58,687 nt of DNA from Thermodesulfobacteriota bacterium (GTDB taxonomy: Bacteria; Desulfobacterota; BSN033; UBA1163): assembly GCA_049684675.1 (NCBI GenBank), contig JBAVGF010000308.1:1-58687 (forward strand). Reading direction: 5' to 3'. The notes under the pieces were generated by a model. That model saw only the letters and a program-made list of their open reading frames with translations, did no database searches and was not told the origin of the DNA. Position numbers and translations under genes: made by a program. This document shows, one piece after another, positions 27,970 to 37,700 of this stretch (position 1 is the stretch's first letter; each line of letters starts with the position of its first letter).

Positions 27970-29775
27970 TTAGTCGGAAAACAGATCAGGCGTTATTTCA
28001 ACCGTCAATCCGTCGCTGTGCATCAACCGAGAGGCCAAACCCTGAATCTTCGGGAGTTCATACTCAAAGAAAAAACGGAAGACAAAAAATTTACCGTTAT
28101 AAAAATTCGCCTCTGCCCCGGCCGGGCTATTCCTCAAGGCCTTCACCACTGCCGTGGCCTGAAGAAGCCATTGCCAGGCCACACTGATGATTCCAAAGAA
28201 CTCTAAGTAGAGGGTGGCGTCAGCTAAGAAGACTTCAGGAGTTTTCTTTTTTTGCACATCCATCAGATAGGCGGTCACCTGCTGAAGCATTTCCAGCGAC
28301 TGTTTGAGTTTCTGCGCATATGACTCAAGTTCCTTAAATTCTTCGGCTTGACGAGTGGTCTTTTGCACTTCCTCCAGATAGAGTTTGTAGGCCTTGCTGC
28401 CCTTCATCATGACGTTTCGACCCAGGAGGGTTAATCCATGTATACCCGTGGTGCCTTCATGGATCGGATGAATCCGTGCGTCCCGATAATATTGTTCTAA
28501 AGGATAGTCATCGCAGTAGCCCGACCCGCCCAGGCATTGTACGCCCTGGCTGATCGAGAGGATACCCATTTCCGATGGGTAGCTCTTGGCCACCGGAGTC
28601 AGGAGGTCTAACAAAAGCTCGTTTTTTTCCTTTTCTTCTCCGGTGAGAACGATGGCGAGATCGGCATATTTCGCACTCTGCATCAGCAAAGAGAGAGCGC
28701 CCTCTATTACGGAGCGTTGAAAAAGCAACATGCGCTTCACATCCGGGTGTTCGATAAGAGGAATTTGAGGCAGGGTGGGATCCTTGGTTGACAGTTTTCT
28801 TCCCTGAAGTCGCGTTTTGGTATACTCTAAGGCCGCATAATAGGCGGCCGAAGCAATGGCTGCAGCCCCTGCGCCCACCCCGATTCGCGCCTCGTTCATC
28901 ATCTGAAACATAAGAAAGAGTCCTTGATGGGGTTCACCCACCAGGTAGCCTCGGCAGTTGTCGCTGTCCCCCATACTGAGTTGGGCAATAGGACATCCTC
29001 GATAACCGAGCTTGTGAAAAACTCCGGAGGTGGCTACATCGTTAAAAACCAATTGGCCTTTCTCGTCCATCCGCTTTTTGGGTACAACGAAAAGCGAAAT
29101 GCCCTTGACACCGGCAGGGGCGCCTTGGATCTTGGCCAGCATGAGATGAACGACATTTTCGACTCCGTCATGGTCTCCAGCCGATATAAATATCTTTTGA
29201 CCCTTAATCTTATAGTAGCCGTGATCCGTGGGTTCGGCCATCGTGGTAATGTCGGCAAGCGAACTTCCAGCTTCGGGTTCGGTTAGGGCCATGGTTCCCT
29301 GCCACTTTCCTGCAAGCATCTTGGGAAGATAGGTTTTCTTCAGGTCCTCTTTTCCAAAGTTTAGAATGAGACGGGCGGCTCCTGTAGTCAACCCGGTATA
29401 GGCCGCAGCGGAATAATTCGCTGCACAAAAAATGAATCTGGACCCCATGGTGATCATTTGAGGAAGCTGCTGCCCTCCCCACTCGAAAGGGATATCGTCC
29501 CCAATCCAGCCACCTGTGCCGGATTCCTCTAAAAGCTTTTTTACCGAGGAGTGAACCTTGATGTGATCACCCACCAATTCCGGGGGATTCTTGTCCATTT
29601 CCTGACAGATAGGCCAAAGAAGCCCCTCGGCCAGTTCCATCGCTGCCTTTAAGACCATATCAAGCATTTTGCCATCGTATTCTTTATAGTATTCGTATTG
29701 GGTCAGCGAGGCGACATCAAAGACTTCATGAAGCAAGAACTTCAAATTCCTTTCGCTGACAAACTTGGATGCCAT
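27970..29775 (-). CDS. Long-form acyl-CoA dehydrogenase
   Basis: 601 aa. Acyl-CoA dehydrogenase blocks include YRDARIHPIHEGTTGI (the conserved catalytic-Glu 'YEGT' region). An extended C-terminal helical domain is typical of ~600-aa FadE-like enzymes. Confidence 0.85.
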   Translation of the reverse strand: MASKFVSERNLKFLLHEVFDVASLTQYEYYKEYDGKMLDMVLKAAMELAEGLLWPICQEMDKNPPELVGDHIKVHSSVKKLLEESGTGGWIGDDIPFEWGGQQLPQMITMGSRFIFCAANYSAAAYTGLTTGAARLILNFGKEDLKKTYLPKMLAGKWQGTMALTEPEAGSSLADITTMAEPTDHGYYKIKGQKIFISAGDHDGVENVVHLMLAKIQGAPAGVKGISLFVVPKKRMDEKGQLVFNDVATSGVFHKLGYRGCPIAQLSMGDSDNCRGYLVGEPHQGLFLMFQMMNEARIGVGAGAAAIASAAYYAALEYTKTRLQGRKLSTKDPTLPQIPLIEHPDVKRMLLFQRSVIEGALSLLMQSAKYADLAIVLTGEEKEKNELLLDLLTPVAKSYPSEMGILSISQGVQCLGGSGYCDDYPLEQYYRDARIHPIHEGTTGIHGLTLLGRNVMMKGSKAYKLYLEEVQKTTRQAEEFKELESYAQKLKQSLEMLQQVTAYLMDVQKKKTPEVFLADATLYLEFFGIISVAWQWLLQATAVVKALRNSPAGAEANFYNGKFFVFRFFFEYELPKIQGLASRLMHSDGLTVEITPDLFSD

Positions 29776-29996
29776 CTTCGTATCCTCCTGTCTCCTTAAA
29801 GAGCAATATTATGAAAATGAATAACGGTTTAAATCCAAAGAGCCCTTCAGGGAGCAAAGACTTTCTCCAGCTGAAAGGCCTTATACCTTCTAACCTTATC
29901 AGGAGTTATTATCAAGAGCCTGCAGGGACCCAAATCCCGATTTAGAAGCCGAAGGCATGACCCCTTCGTGCATGGGTTCGAATTCATCATTTAAAA

Positions 29997-30938
29997 TCAG
30001 ACGGGCTTGAATGCCTCCAGGCCTTCGAGGAAGTCGAGCATCTTGAGGTAGAGAAGATCTCTCTTTCTCAGAATCTCTTCTTCACTCCGTCCGCCATAAT
30101 CATAAATGCCCTTAGAGGTACTTGCACCTAAATGTCCCTGTCTCACCTTTTCTTCGATGAGGGGGTTTTCCGTTGCTGTGCCCTTCGTCATGTCATGGAT
30201 CAAATTGAGTCCGGTAAAATCCAAGCTCTGGACGACGCCCACGATGGGCAGCCGTATTCCGAGACTGGTCTTCACAGCTAAATCGATCTGCTCAGGAGTG
30301 GCCCAGCCGTTCGTAATCATTTCCAGGACAGTTCTGACAATCGCATTCTGGACCCGGTTGACGATGAAGCGCTGAACGAATTGCTTCATGACTAGGGGTT
30401 TTTTGCCGATCCTCTCCATCAATCCTGCGGCAAATTGCAGAACATCGGGAGTGGTCGCCGGTCCGGGAACCACTTCCACCAGGGGAATGATATGAGGGGG
30501 GGCAAACCAGTGGGTGACCACAAGACGGGAAGGATTTTTGACCTCTATGATTTTGAAGATCTCCAGACCTGAGGTGTTACTGGCTAGGACCACGTTTTCG
30601 GGGCATGTGGCTTCCAATTGCGCAAAAACTTTCTTCTTGACTTTGGGAATTTCGGCTACTGCCTCAAGAACGAAATCCACTTCCCTGACTGCAGCGGCCA
30701 GGTCTATCGTCGGACGGATCCGGTCCAGAATTGCCGGGATCTTCTGAGGACTCACCCGTCCGCAATCGGCCAGGGTCTGCAGATTCGACTTCACCAATTT
30801 GAGCGCATGAACCAGAAGGTCATTCTTTAAATCAACCAACTGTACCAGAATGCCCGCCTGGGCGAAGACCTGGGCGATGGAATGGCCCATCACTCCAGCC
30901 CCGATCACAGCGACCCGTTTAACATTTTTGGGATCCAT
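29997..30938 (-). CDS. 3-hydroxyacyl-CoA dehydrogenase (Hbd/FadB NAD-binding type)
   Basis: N-terminal Rossmann VAVIGAGVMGHSIAQVFAQAG. 313 aa with the typical NAD-binding plus C-terminal dimerisation domains. Confidence 0.85.
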   Translation of the reverse strand: MDPKNVKRVAVIGAGVMGHSIAQVFAQAGILVQLVDLKNDLLVHALKLVKSNLQTLADCGRVSPQKIPAILDRIRPTIDLAAAVREVDFVLEAVAEIPKVKKKVFAQLEATCPENVVLASNTSGLEIFKIIEVKNPSRLVVTHWFAPPHIIPLVEVVPGPATTPDVLQFAAGLMERIGKKPLVMKQFVQRFIVNRVQNAIVRTVLEMITNGWATPEQIDLAVKTSLGIRLPIVGVVQSLDFTGLNLIHDMTKGTATENPLIEEKVRQGHLGASTSKGIYDYGGRSEEEILRKRDLLYLKMLDFLEGLEAFKPV

Positions 30939-31023
30939 TTATTTATCGCCTCCTTATCTTCCGTGCATTTTCCGATCTATTCCGGAGAAATTTTCGCTCC
31001 CATGATAACTATATTTTCTCCCT

Positions 31024-31045
31024 TGGTCAACGATCGTGGTCAACG
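31024..31045. promoter_or_regulatory. Direct repeat TGGTCAACG x2 (13-bp period) in the divergent promoter region
   Basis: The copies are at 31024-31032 and 31037-31045, between hbd (minus) and mvhD-1 (plus). Confidence 0.3.
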
Positions 31046-31090
31046 GTCACATGTCGAATGCTGTACCTTGAATTAGAGGTAATTGCAGGT

Positions 31091-31124
31091 TACAATATAT
31101 CATACAAATTCTATGTATATTGTA
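31091..31124. promoter_or_regulatory. AT-rich palindrome, candidate operator upstream of Fdh/Hdr cluster 1
   Basis: TACAATATA (31091-31099) and TATATTGTA (31116-31124) form a perfect 9-bp inverted repeat, with inner CATA/TATG arms. It lies 51 nt upstream of the mvhD-1 ATG. Confidence 0.4.
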
Positions 31125-31174
31125 TGAAATGATAATGACCTGATATTATTTGAGAATTCCTCTATAGATTACAT

Positions 31175-31642
31175 ATGGGCGGCCTGTTTAAACCTATCAT
31201 CCTTGCTTTCTGTTGCCATTGGTGAAGCTATGCAGGTGCTGATCTCGCCGGTTCGGCGAGGCTAAAATACGCTGCTAATGTCTTGCCTATTCGTGTCATG
31301 TGCAGTGGGAGAATATCTCCTCACTTCATCCTCAAGGCTTTCCAGGAAGGGGCGGACGGTGTCTTGATAGCGGGCTGCCATATTGGGAGCTGCCATTATG
31401 GAAAGGGTAATTACATCACGGCCAAGAGAGTGGCGGTGATAAAAGACCTCCTTGGATTTGTTGGCCTTTCTCCTAAACGATTGAGGCTGGAATGGATTGC
31501 AACTTCCGAAAGCAATAAGTTTGCTAATGTCGTTAGTGATTTTACCCGGGAGATTAATGAACTCGGTCCTTCCCCTCTGAGGAAGCTGTCCTTAAAGAAA
31601 AAACCGGAGCGAATGAAGGAACAGCTTGCGTCGCAGCCATAA
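31175..31642 (+). CDS. mvhD: MvhD/FlpD-like [2Fe-2S] electron-transfer protein, selenocysteine-containing (U17)
   Basis: ATG 31175 is in the same frame as track ORF 31283..31642, joined through TGA 31223-31225. It reads [80 protein letters not shown], matching the MvhD blocks FCCNWC.Y.GADLAG, RVMCSGR and GCH.GDCHY. No clear RBS. Confidence 0.8.
31223..31260 (+). other. UGA (Sec) codon plus SECIS-like hairpin
   Basis: TGA 31223-31225, then CTCGCCG-GTT-CGGCGAG (7-bp perfect stem) at 31244-31260. Confidence 0.7.
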
Positions 31643-31650
31643 AGGAATCG

Positions 31651-32457
31651 ATGGATAAGACCAGAGAGAAGATGGCGAGAATGTTGGATGAGGCAGTGGT
31701 CTCCGGAATATTGGGCCTGGGACTGAGACATCGTCATCCTGTCCCTTATCTCTTCACGGATTCAGCCTCTTTGAAGGATTGGGTTGTCGGTGAGACCGAA
31801 CGATATCCCATCACTAAAATTCTCATTCGGATCGCAAAAAAACACCCCGACGAAACCTTTGGGGTTGTGGTCCGGGGATGCGAAGGGCGATCCTTGATCG
31901 AGCTTTTTAAAAACCATCAACTTCGCTCCGAGAAGATAAAGGCGATCGGGATCGTTTGCAGTCAAGAATTGGCAAAACGATGTCGGTGTGATCGGCCGTT
32001 TCCTTCGGAGATGGAGGAGGGCGAGCTGGCCAAACCGATAGAAGACCTCTCTGACATTGCGGAGGTTGAGAGCCTTCCAGAGGAAGAGCGATTTCAATAT
32101 TGGATGAAGCAGTTCGGGAAATGTATCAAATGCTATGGATGTCGTAACGTCTGCCCGGCTTGCTTCTGTCCTGTCTGCACATTGGAGGACCCTTCTCTGA
32201 TCAAACCAGGTGGAATGCCTCCCGAAATTCCAATCTTCCATCTCCACAAAGCTTTTCACATGGCTGACCGGTGCATTGATTGTGGCCTCTGTGAGGAAGC
32301 ATGCCCGATGAGTATTCCGGTGAGAAGGCTCTATCGGAGAGTCCGTAAATCGGTGAAGGATCTTTTTGGATATGTCCCGGGTGAAAAGGAGGATGAGAAA
32401 GGTCCTTTGGAGTTTTTGGGAGACGGCAGTTATGAGCTACCCGGCGCTGGAAGGTGA
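31651..32457 (+). CDS. Iron-sulfur protein with two CxxCxxCxxxCP-type clusters (AsrA/FrhB-C-like; putative Fdh electron-transfer subunit), copy 1
   Basis: 268 aa with CIKCYGCRNVCPACFCPVC and CIDCGLCEEACP motifs. It is a paralogue of 47169..47966 (shared blocks ETF.V..RGC.(E/G)R.L.ELFK and FH(L)..A.HM..RCIDCGLCEEACP) and sits in the same position between mvhD and fdhA. Confidence 0.7.
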   Translation: MDKTREKMARMLDEAVVSGILGLGLRHRHPVPYLFTDSASLKDWVVGETERYPITKILIRIAKKHPDETFGVVVRGCEGRSLIELFKNHQLRSEKIKAIGIVCSQELAKRCRCDRPFPSEMEEGELAKPIEDLSDIAEVESLPEEERFQYWMKQFGKCIKCYGCRNVCPACFCPVCTLEDPSLIKPGGMPPEIPIFHLHKAFHMADRCIDCGLCEEACPMSIPVRRLYRRVRKSVKDLFGYVPGEKEDEKGPLEFLGDGSYELPGAGR

Positions 32458-32486
32458 GTTCAAATGTTGAGACGGTTCAACAGGTG

Positions 32487-32640
32487 GGTGGGCATCCAAA
32501 GTTTTAGAGAGCGATCATTACTTAATTTAATGGATAATCATTGTTGTCGGTTGCAGGTGTGTGTGAAAAATATGTCGGGGCTTCTGAACCCATTCATTCG
32601 AAGGTTCCGCTCTAAAACTTTTTCAGCCCACCGCCTTTTT
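32487..32640 (+). repeat. Long-range inverted repeat / structured element between the Fe-S gene and fdhA-1
   Basis: GGTGGGC (32487-32493) and AAAGTTTTAGAG (32498-32509) pair perfectly with CTCTAAAACTTT (32610-32621) and GCCCACC (32626-32632). They enclose ~100 nt and are followed by TTTTT (32636-32640). The arm sequence resembles that of the element at 48008-48173. Confidence 0.55.
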
Positions 32641-32673
32641 CCGGGACCTTTAAATGCAACGGATGGATAAGCC

Positions 32674-34731
32674 ATGCTGAGTTACGAGACCATTCTAACG
32701 ACTTGTACATACTGTGGTTGCGGTTGTGGCCTTCTTCTCGAGGTCCTCGATGGAGAGGTGGTGGGGACTCTCCCGCAAAAGGATCATCCCGTCAGTGAGG
32801 GGAAGCTTTGCATTAAGGGATGGAATGCCCACGAATTCATCCATGATCAGGGAAGACTGAAGGAACCTCTTTTGAGAAAGGACGGCTTGCTGAAAAAGGC
32901 ATCTTGGGAAGAGGCCTTTGATGAAGTCGCTTTTCGCCTCAAGAGAATCAAGGAAGAAAGTGGGTCAGATAGCATCGCAGGTTTGACCTCAGCCAAATGT
33001 ACCAATGAGGAGAACTATCTTTTTCAAAAGTGGATGAGAGCAGTGATCGGGACAAATAATGTGGATCACTGTGCTCGTCTCTGACACTCCTCCACGGTGG
33101 CTGGTCTAGCCAAATCATTTGGAAGCGGGGCCATGACCAATGCGATTCCGGAGCTGGAAGATTCGGACTGTATCTTAATCACAGGGTCTAACACGACAGA
33201 GGCCCATCCTCTTGTGGCGAGCCGGATCTTGAAGGCAAAAGAAAAAGGTGCGAAGTTGATCGTTATCGATCCAAGAAGGACACAAATGGCCCGTTACGCC
33301 GATGTCTTTGTTCGGCAGCGATTAGGCACCGACGTCGCATGGATCAATGGGATCATGCACATCATTCTTAAGGAGGGGTGGGAGAGTAAAGAATTCGTCG
33401 GAGCCCGTACCGAGGGATTCGATGAACTGAAGAGGGAGCTTGAGAACTATCCTCCGGAAAAGGTCGAAGAGATCACCGGTATCTCGAAAACCGATTTGAG
33501 GGAGATTGCTCGAACCTTTGCGAAAGCTAAAAGGGGGAGTATCGTATATGCGATGGGAATCACCCAGCATGTAACGGGAACCGACAATGTTCTCTCTCTT
33601 GCCAATTTGGCAATGCTCACCGGGAACATTGGAAGGCTGAGCACAGGCGTCAATCCCCTTCGGGGTCAGAATAATGTCCAGGGTGCCTGTGACATGGGTG
33701 GGCTTCCCAATGTTTATACGGGGTATCAGAGTGTGGCCGATGAGGGGGTGGCCAAAAAATTTGAGGAGACCTGGAATACGCGTCTTTCGAGGAAACCCGG
33801 TCTCACCATGATGGAGATCTTTCAGGCCATCGATGAAGGAAAAGTAAAGGCACTCTACATCATGGGTGAAAACCCGCTGGTGAGTGACCCGGATCTTCAT
33901 CATGCGGAGAAGATTTTAAAGAAATTGGAACTGCTGGTTGTCCAGGACATCTTCCTCACAGAAACCGCCAAGATCGGCCATGTCGTTCTTCCGGGGGCAA
34001 GCTTTGCAGAGAAGGAAGGAACCTTCACTTCTACGGATCGCAGGGTTCAGAGGGTTAGAAAGGCGATTGAACCGCTGGGAAAAGCGAAACAGGACTGGCA
34101 GATCATTTCCAGTATTGCCCAGAAAATGGGGGCTCGGGGTTTTGAGCATTCTTGCCCTGAGGAAATCTTCGACGAGATGAGAAAGCTTACTCCTATTTAT
34201 CAAGGAATCACATACGAGAAGGTAGAGAAAGATGGAGTTCAATGGCCCTGTCGAACTCCTGAGGACAAGGGAACTTCATTCCTTCACAAAGATCAGTTCT
34301 CAAAAGGTAAAGGATCCTTCTTCCCGGTCCCGTATCGGGAGCCTGCGGAACTGGTCGATGAAGAGTTTCCTTTCTGGCTGACTACAGGAAGGATGGGTTT
34401 CCACTATCATACAAGGACGATGACCGGAGTTTCTCCATCTTTGCAGAAGGAGGCAGAGGAGGGATTTATGGAGATCAATCCCTTCGACGCCACCCGCCTG
34501 GGAGTTCAAGAAGGGGAGCGGGTAAGAGTCATTTCTCGAAGGGGTGAGATTGAGACCAAGGTGACGTTAACGTTCAGCGTTGGTCGAAATGTCGTCTTCA
34601 TTCCCTTCCATTTTGTTGAAAGCGCGGCCAATGCTTTGACGAATAGAGCCTTCGATCCTGTGGCGAAGATCCCTGAATATAAGGTTTGTGCCGTCAAAGT
34701 GGAGAAGATCGAAGAAAGGATAAATGCCTGA
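32674..34731 (+). CDS. fdhA: Formate dehydrogenase catalytic subunit (Mo/W-bis-PGD), selenocysteine-containing, cytoplasmic type, copy 1
   Basis: Track ORFs 32674..33084 and 33097..34731 share one frame and join through TGA 33082-33084. The junction [30 protein letters not shown] matches the FdhH/FdhA CAR(V)UH..SVAG active-site context. N-terminal [4Fe-4S] motif CTYCGCGCG. No twin-arginine signal. Confidence 0.9.
33082..33112 (+). other. UGA (Sec) codon plus SECIS-like hairpin
   Basis: TGA 33082-33084, then TGGCT-GGTCT-AGCCA at 33098-33112. The GGUC-containing loop resembles that of the E. coli fdhF SECIS. Confidence 0.65.
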
Positions 34732-37700
34732 TGTCAAGAGTCGGTGTTTTTGTCTGCCACTGAGGAACGAATATCGCGTCCGTGGTTGACGTGAAGGCAG
34801 TGGTGGAAGCAGTCAAAGAATTTTCAGAGGTGGCTTATGCCACGGACCTCCCCTATACGTGCTCCAGCCAGGGGCAGGGAGTGATCAAGGACGCCATCCA
34901 AAAGCATCGTCTGGATCGAATAGTCGTTTCGTCCTGCAGCCCGAGGATGCATGAGATTACTTTTCAGCGGTGTATCGAAGCCGGAGGACTGAACCGGTAT
35001 CTCTTTGAAATGGCCAATATTCGAGAGCAGGTCTCCTGGGTGACCTTGGATAAAGAAGAGGCGACCCAGAAAGCAATCCGGTTGACAGAGATGGCTATCT
35101 CAAAGGCTTCACAACTTCAATCCCTGACACCGCTGAAATCTCCCGTAGAAAAACGCGTTTTGGTAATCGGAGGAGGTATCTCCGGCATTCAGGCTGCGCT
35201 GGACGTTAGCCTAGCAGGATACAAAGTCACTCTCGTGGAAAAACTTCCAACCCTGGGTGGGCGGATGGCCCAGCTGGAGAAAACTTTTCCGACCCTCGAC
35301 TGCTCTGCCTGAATACTTGCGCCAAGGATGACGGAGTCATCCAACGATGAAAATATTGAGATTCTTACCTACTCTGAAGTGGTCGATGTGAAGGGCTATG
35401 TGGGCAACTTCGATGTGACCATCCGAAAGAAACCCCGTTATGTGGATATGTCCAAATGCACAGCCTGTGCAGATTGTGTCAGCCAGTGTCCGGTCTCCCT
35501 TTCGAGCGAATTCAATCTGGGACTCGGAAAAAGAAAAGCGATCTATCTTCCTTTTCCCCAGGCGGTTCCTCTCAAATATACGATCGACCGACGCGGCACG
35601 CCTCCCTGTGAAGCTTCCTGCCCGATTCACGTCAATGCTCAGGGATACATTGCTCTTATCTCGGCGGGAAAGTTCGAAGAAGCCCTGGCACTGGTTAGGG
35701 AGAAGAATCCATTTCCGGGCATTACGGGTCGAATATGCACCCGTCCTTGCGAGGGAGCTTGCCGGAGAAAGGAAGTGGATGAATCGGTTGCCATTGACGC
35801 CCTGAAGCGTTATCTCTCAGACCATGACGAAAATGGGAAGATCAATGTTCCCATGCCTGAAGAAAATGGGAAGAAAGTAGCTATTGTAGGATCAGGGCCT
35901 ACTGGTTTGCTCGCGGCCCATGACCTGAGAAAGAAGGGTTACGGTGTCACCCTCTTTGAGGCTCTTCCCGTAGCCGGAGGGATGCTTGCCGTTGCCATAC
36001 CTGAATACCGGCTGCCTCGTACGATCCTGAACAAAGAGGTCGAATATCTTCTTGGAATGGGCGTTCAGTTAAAGCTCAATACCCCGATTGGCCCAGGCCT
36101 CTCCTTGAAAGACCTCAAAACTCGGGGGTATCAAGCCATCTTTGTCGCGACAGGGGCCCATCGGAGCAGAAAGCTTGGCCTCGAGGGAGAGAGTGCCCGA
36201 GGTGTCATCCATGCTGTCGATTTTCTAAAAAGAGTGGCTCTTGGTGAATCGGTGAAAGTAGGAGAGAAGGCGATTGTTGTTGGAGGGGGCAACGCAGCGA
36301 TTGATGCAGCGAGGACTGCGCTTCGTCTCGGTTCACGGGAGGTCACAATCGTCTATCGCCGAACCCGCAACGAAATGCCCGCTCAGATCGAGGAGATTGA
36401 AGAAGCCGAAGAGGAAGGAATTAAGATGGAGTATCTCACCGCTCCAACGCGACTGATCGTTGAAGAGGGAGCTGTTCGAGGAATAGAGTGCTGCCGGATG
36501 GAATTGAAGGAACTGGATGAATCCGGCCGACCCAGACCTGTGCCCATTCTTGGCTCTGAGTTTAGAATCGAAGCGGATACGATCATTCCTGCGATCAGCC
36601 AATCGCCTGATCTGTCTTTCCTTTCCGAAACGGATGGTTTCAGGATGTCCCCTTCGGGAACCATTGAAGCCGACGCTCTCACCCTTGAGACGGGTGTGGA
36701 AGGAATCTTTGCGGGGGGCGATCTGGTAACCGGTCCGCAGACATATATCGATGCCATGGCTGCGGGTCGAAAGGCAGCCATCTCCATTGACCGCTACCTC
36801 AAAGGAGAGGATCTGAACGAGGGCCGAGAAAAGGAAGGGACTCAGAAAGATTATATTCAAATCGATGTCGACGGAGTCGAATACCGAGAGAGGGCCTCCG
36901 TGGTGACCCTCCCCCCCGAAAGGAGAAGAAGAAGCTTTGACGAGGTGAACGCCGGCCTTCGAGAAGACGACGTGATCCGGGAGGCAGAACGCTGCCTCAA
37001 TTGCGGAGGATGCTCAGCCTGCGGAGAATGTTCAAAGTACTGTCAGCCCAAGGCCGTGGATTATGAGATGAAGGAGGAATGGGTTGAACGTAAAGTCGGA
37101 GCCATTATCGTTGCGACCGGCTTTACCCAGTTCGACCTTCGGATGTACGGAGAATATGGCGGAGGCCGCTTCAAGGATGTGATTACAGGTCTTCATCTGG
37201 AAAGAATGCTCGATAGTACGGGGCCTACCGGAGGCCATGTGATTCGGCCTTCCAATGGCAAGGAGGCGAAGCATATCGTCTTCATTCAGTGTGTCGGATC
37301 CAGGGACGAATCAAAAGGCGTTCCCTACTGTTCCAGGGTCTGCTGTATGTACACAGCGAAACAGACGATCCTTCTCAAAGACCATTTTCCAGAGAGCCAA
37401 TCGTATGTTTTCTATATTGATATACGGGCAAGCGGGAAGAATTACGAAGAGTTTGTCAAGCGAGCCCAACGGGAGTATGGAACGATCTATATTCGGGGGA
37501 GGGTTTCAAAAATTTATGAAAAAGGTGACAAGCTCATTGTCCGAGGGGTAGATACCTTAGTGGGAAAACAGGTGGAGGTTGAGGCCGACTTAGTCGTATT
37601 GGCCACCGCTGTCGTTCCCCAGGCCAGTGCCTCAGAGTTGGCGAGGCTCTTGAACATTCCCTCTGATCAATATGGTTTTTATACGGAGTGCCATCCCAAA

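Noticed and set aside
32487-32640. Assigning the fdhA-upstream structures to the molybdenum/tungsten cofactor (Moco/Tuco) riboswitch class.
   Set aside because: I could not recognise the conserved Moco-motif nucleotides from memory in either gap. It stays an explicit test under the findings, not a call.
32464-32670. The 68-aa ORF in the gap between the Fe-S gene and fdhA-1.
   Set aside because: It coincides with the long inverted-repeat element, has no RBS, its composition looks non-coding, and there is no counterpart ORF in the equivalent gap of cluster 2.
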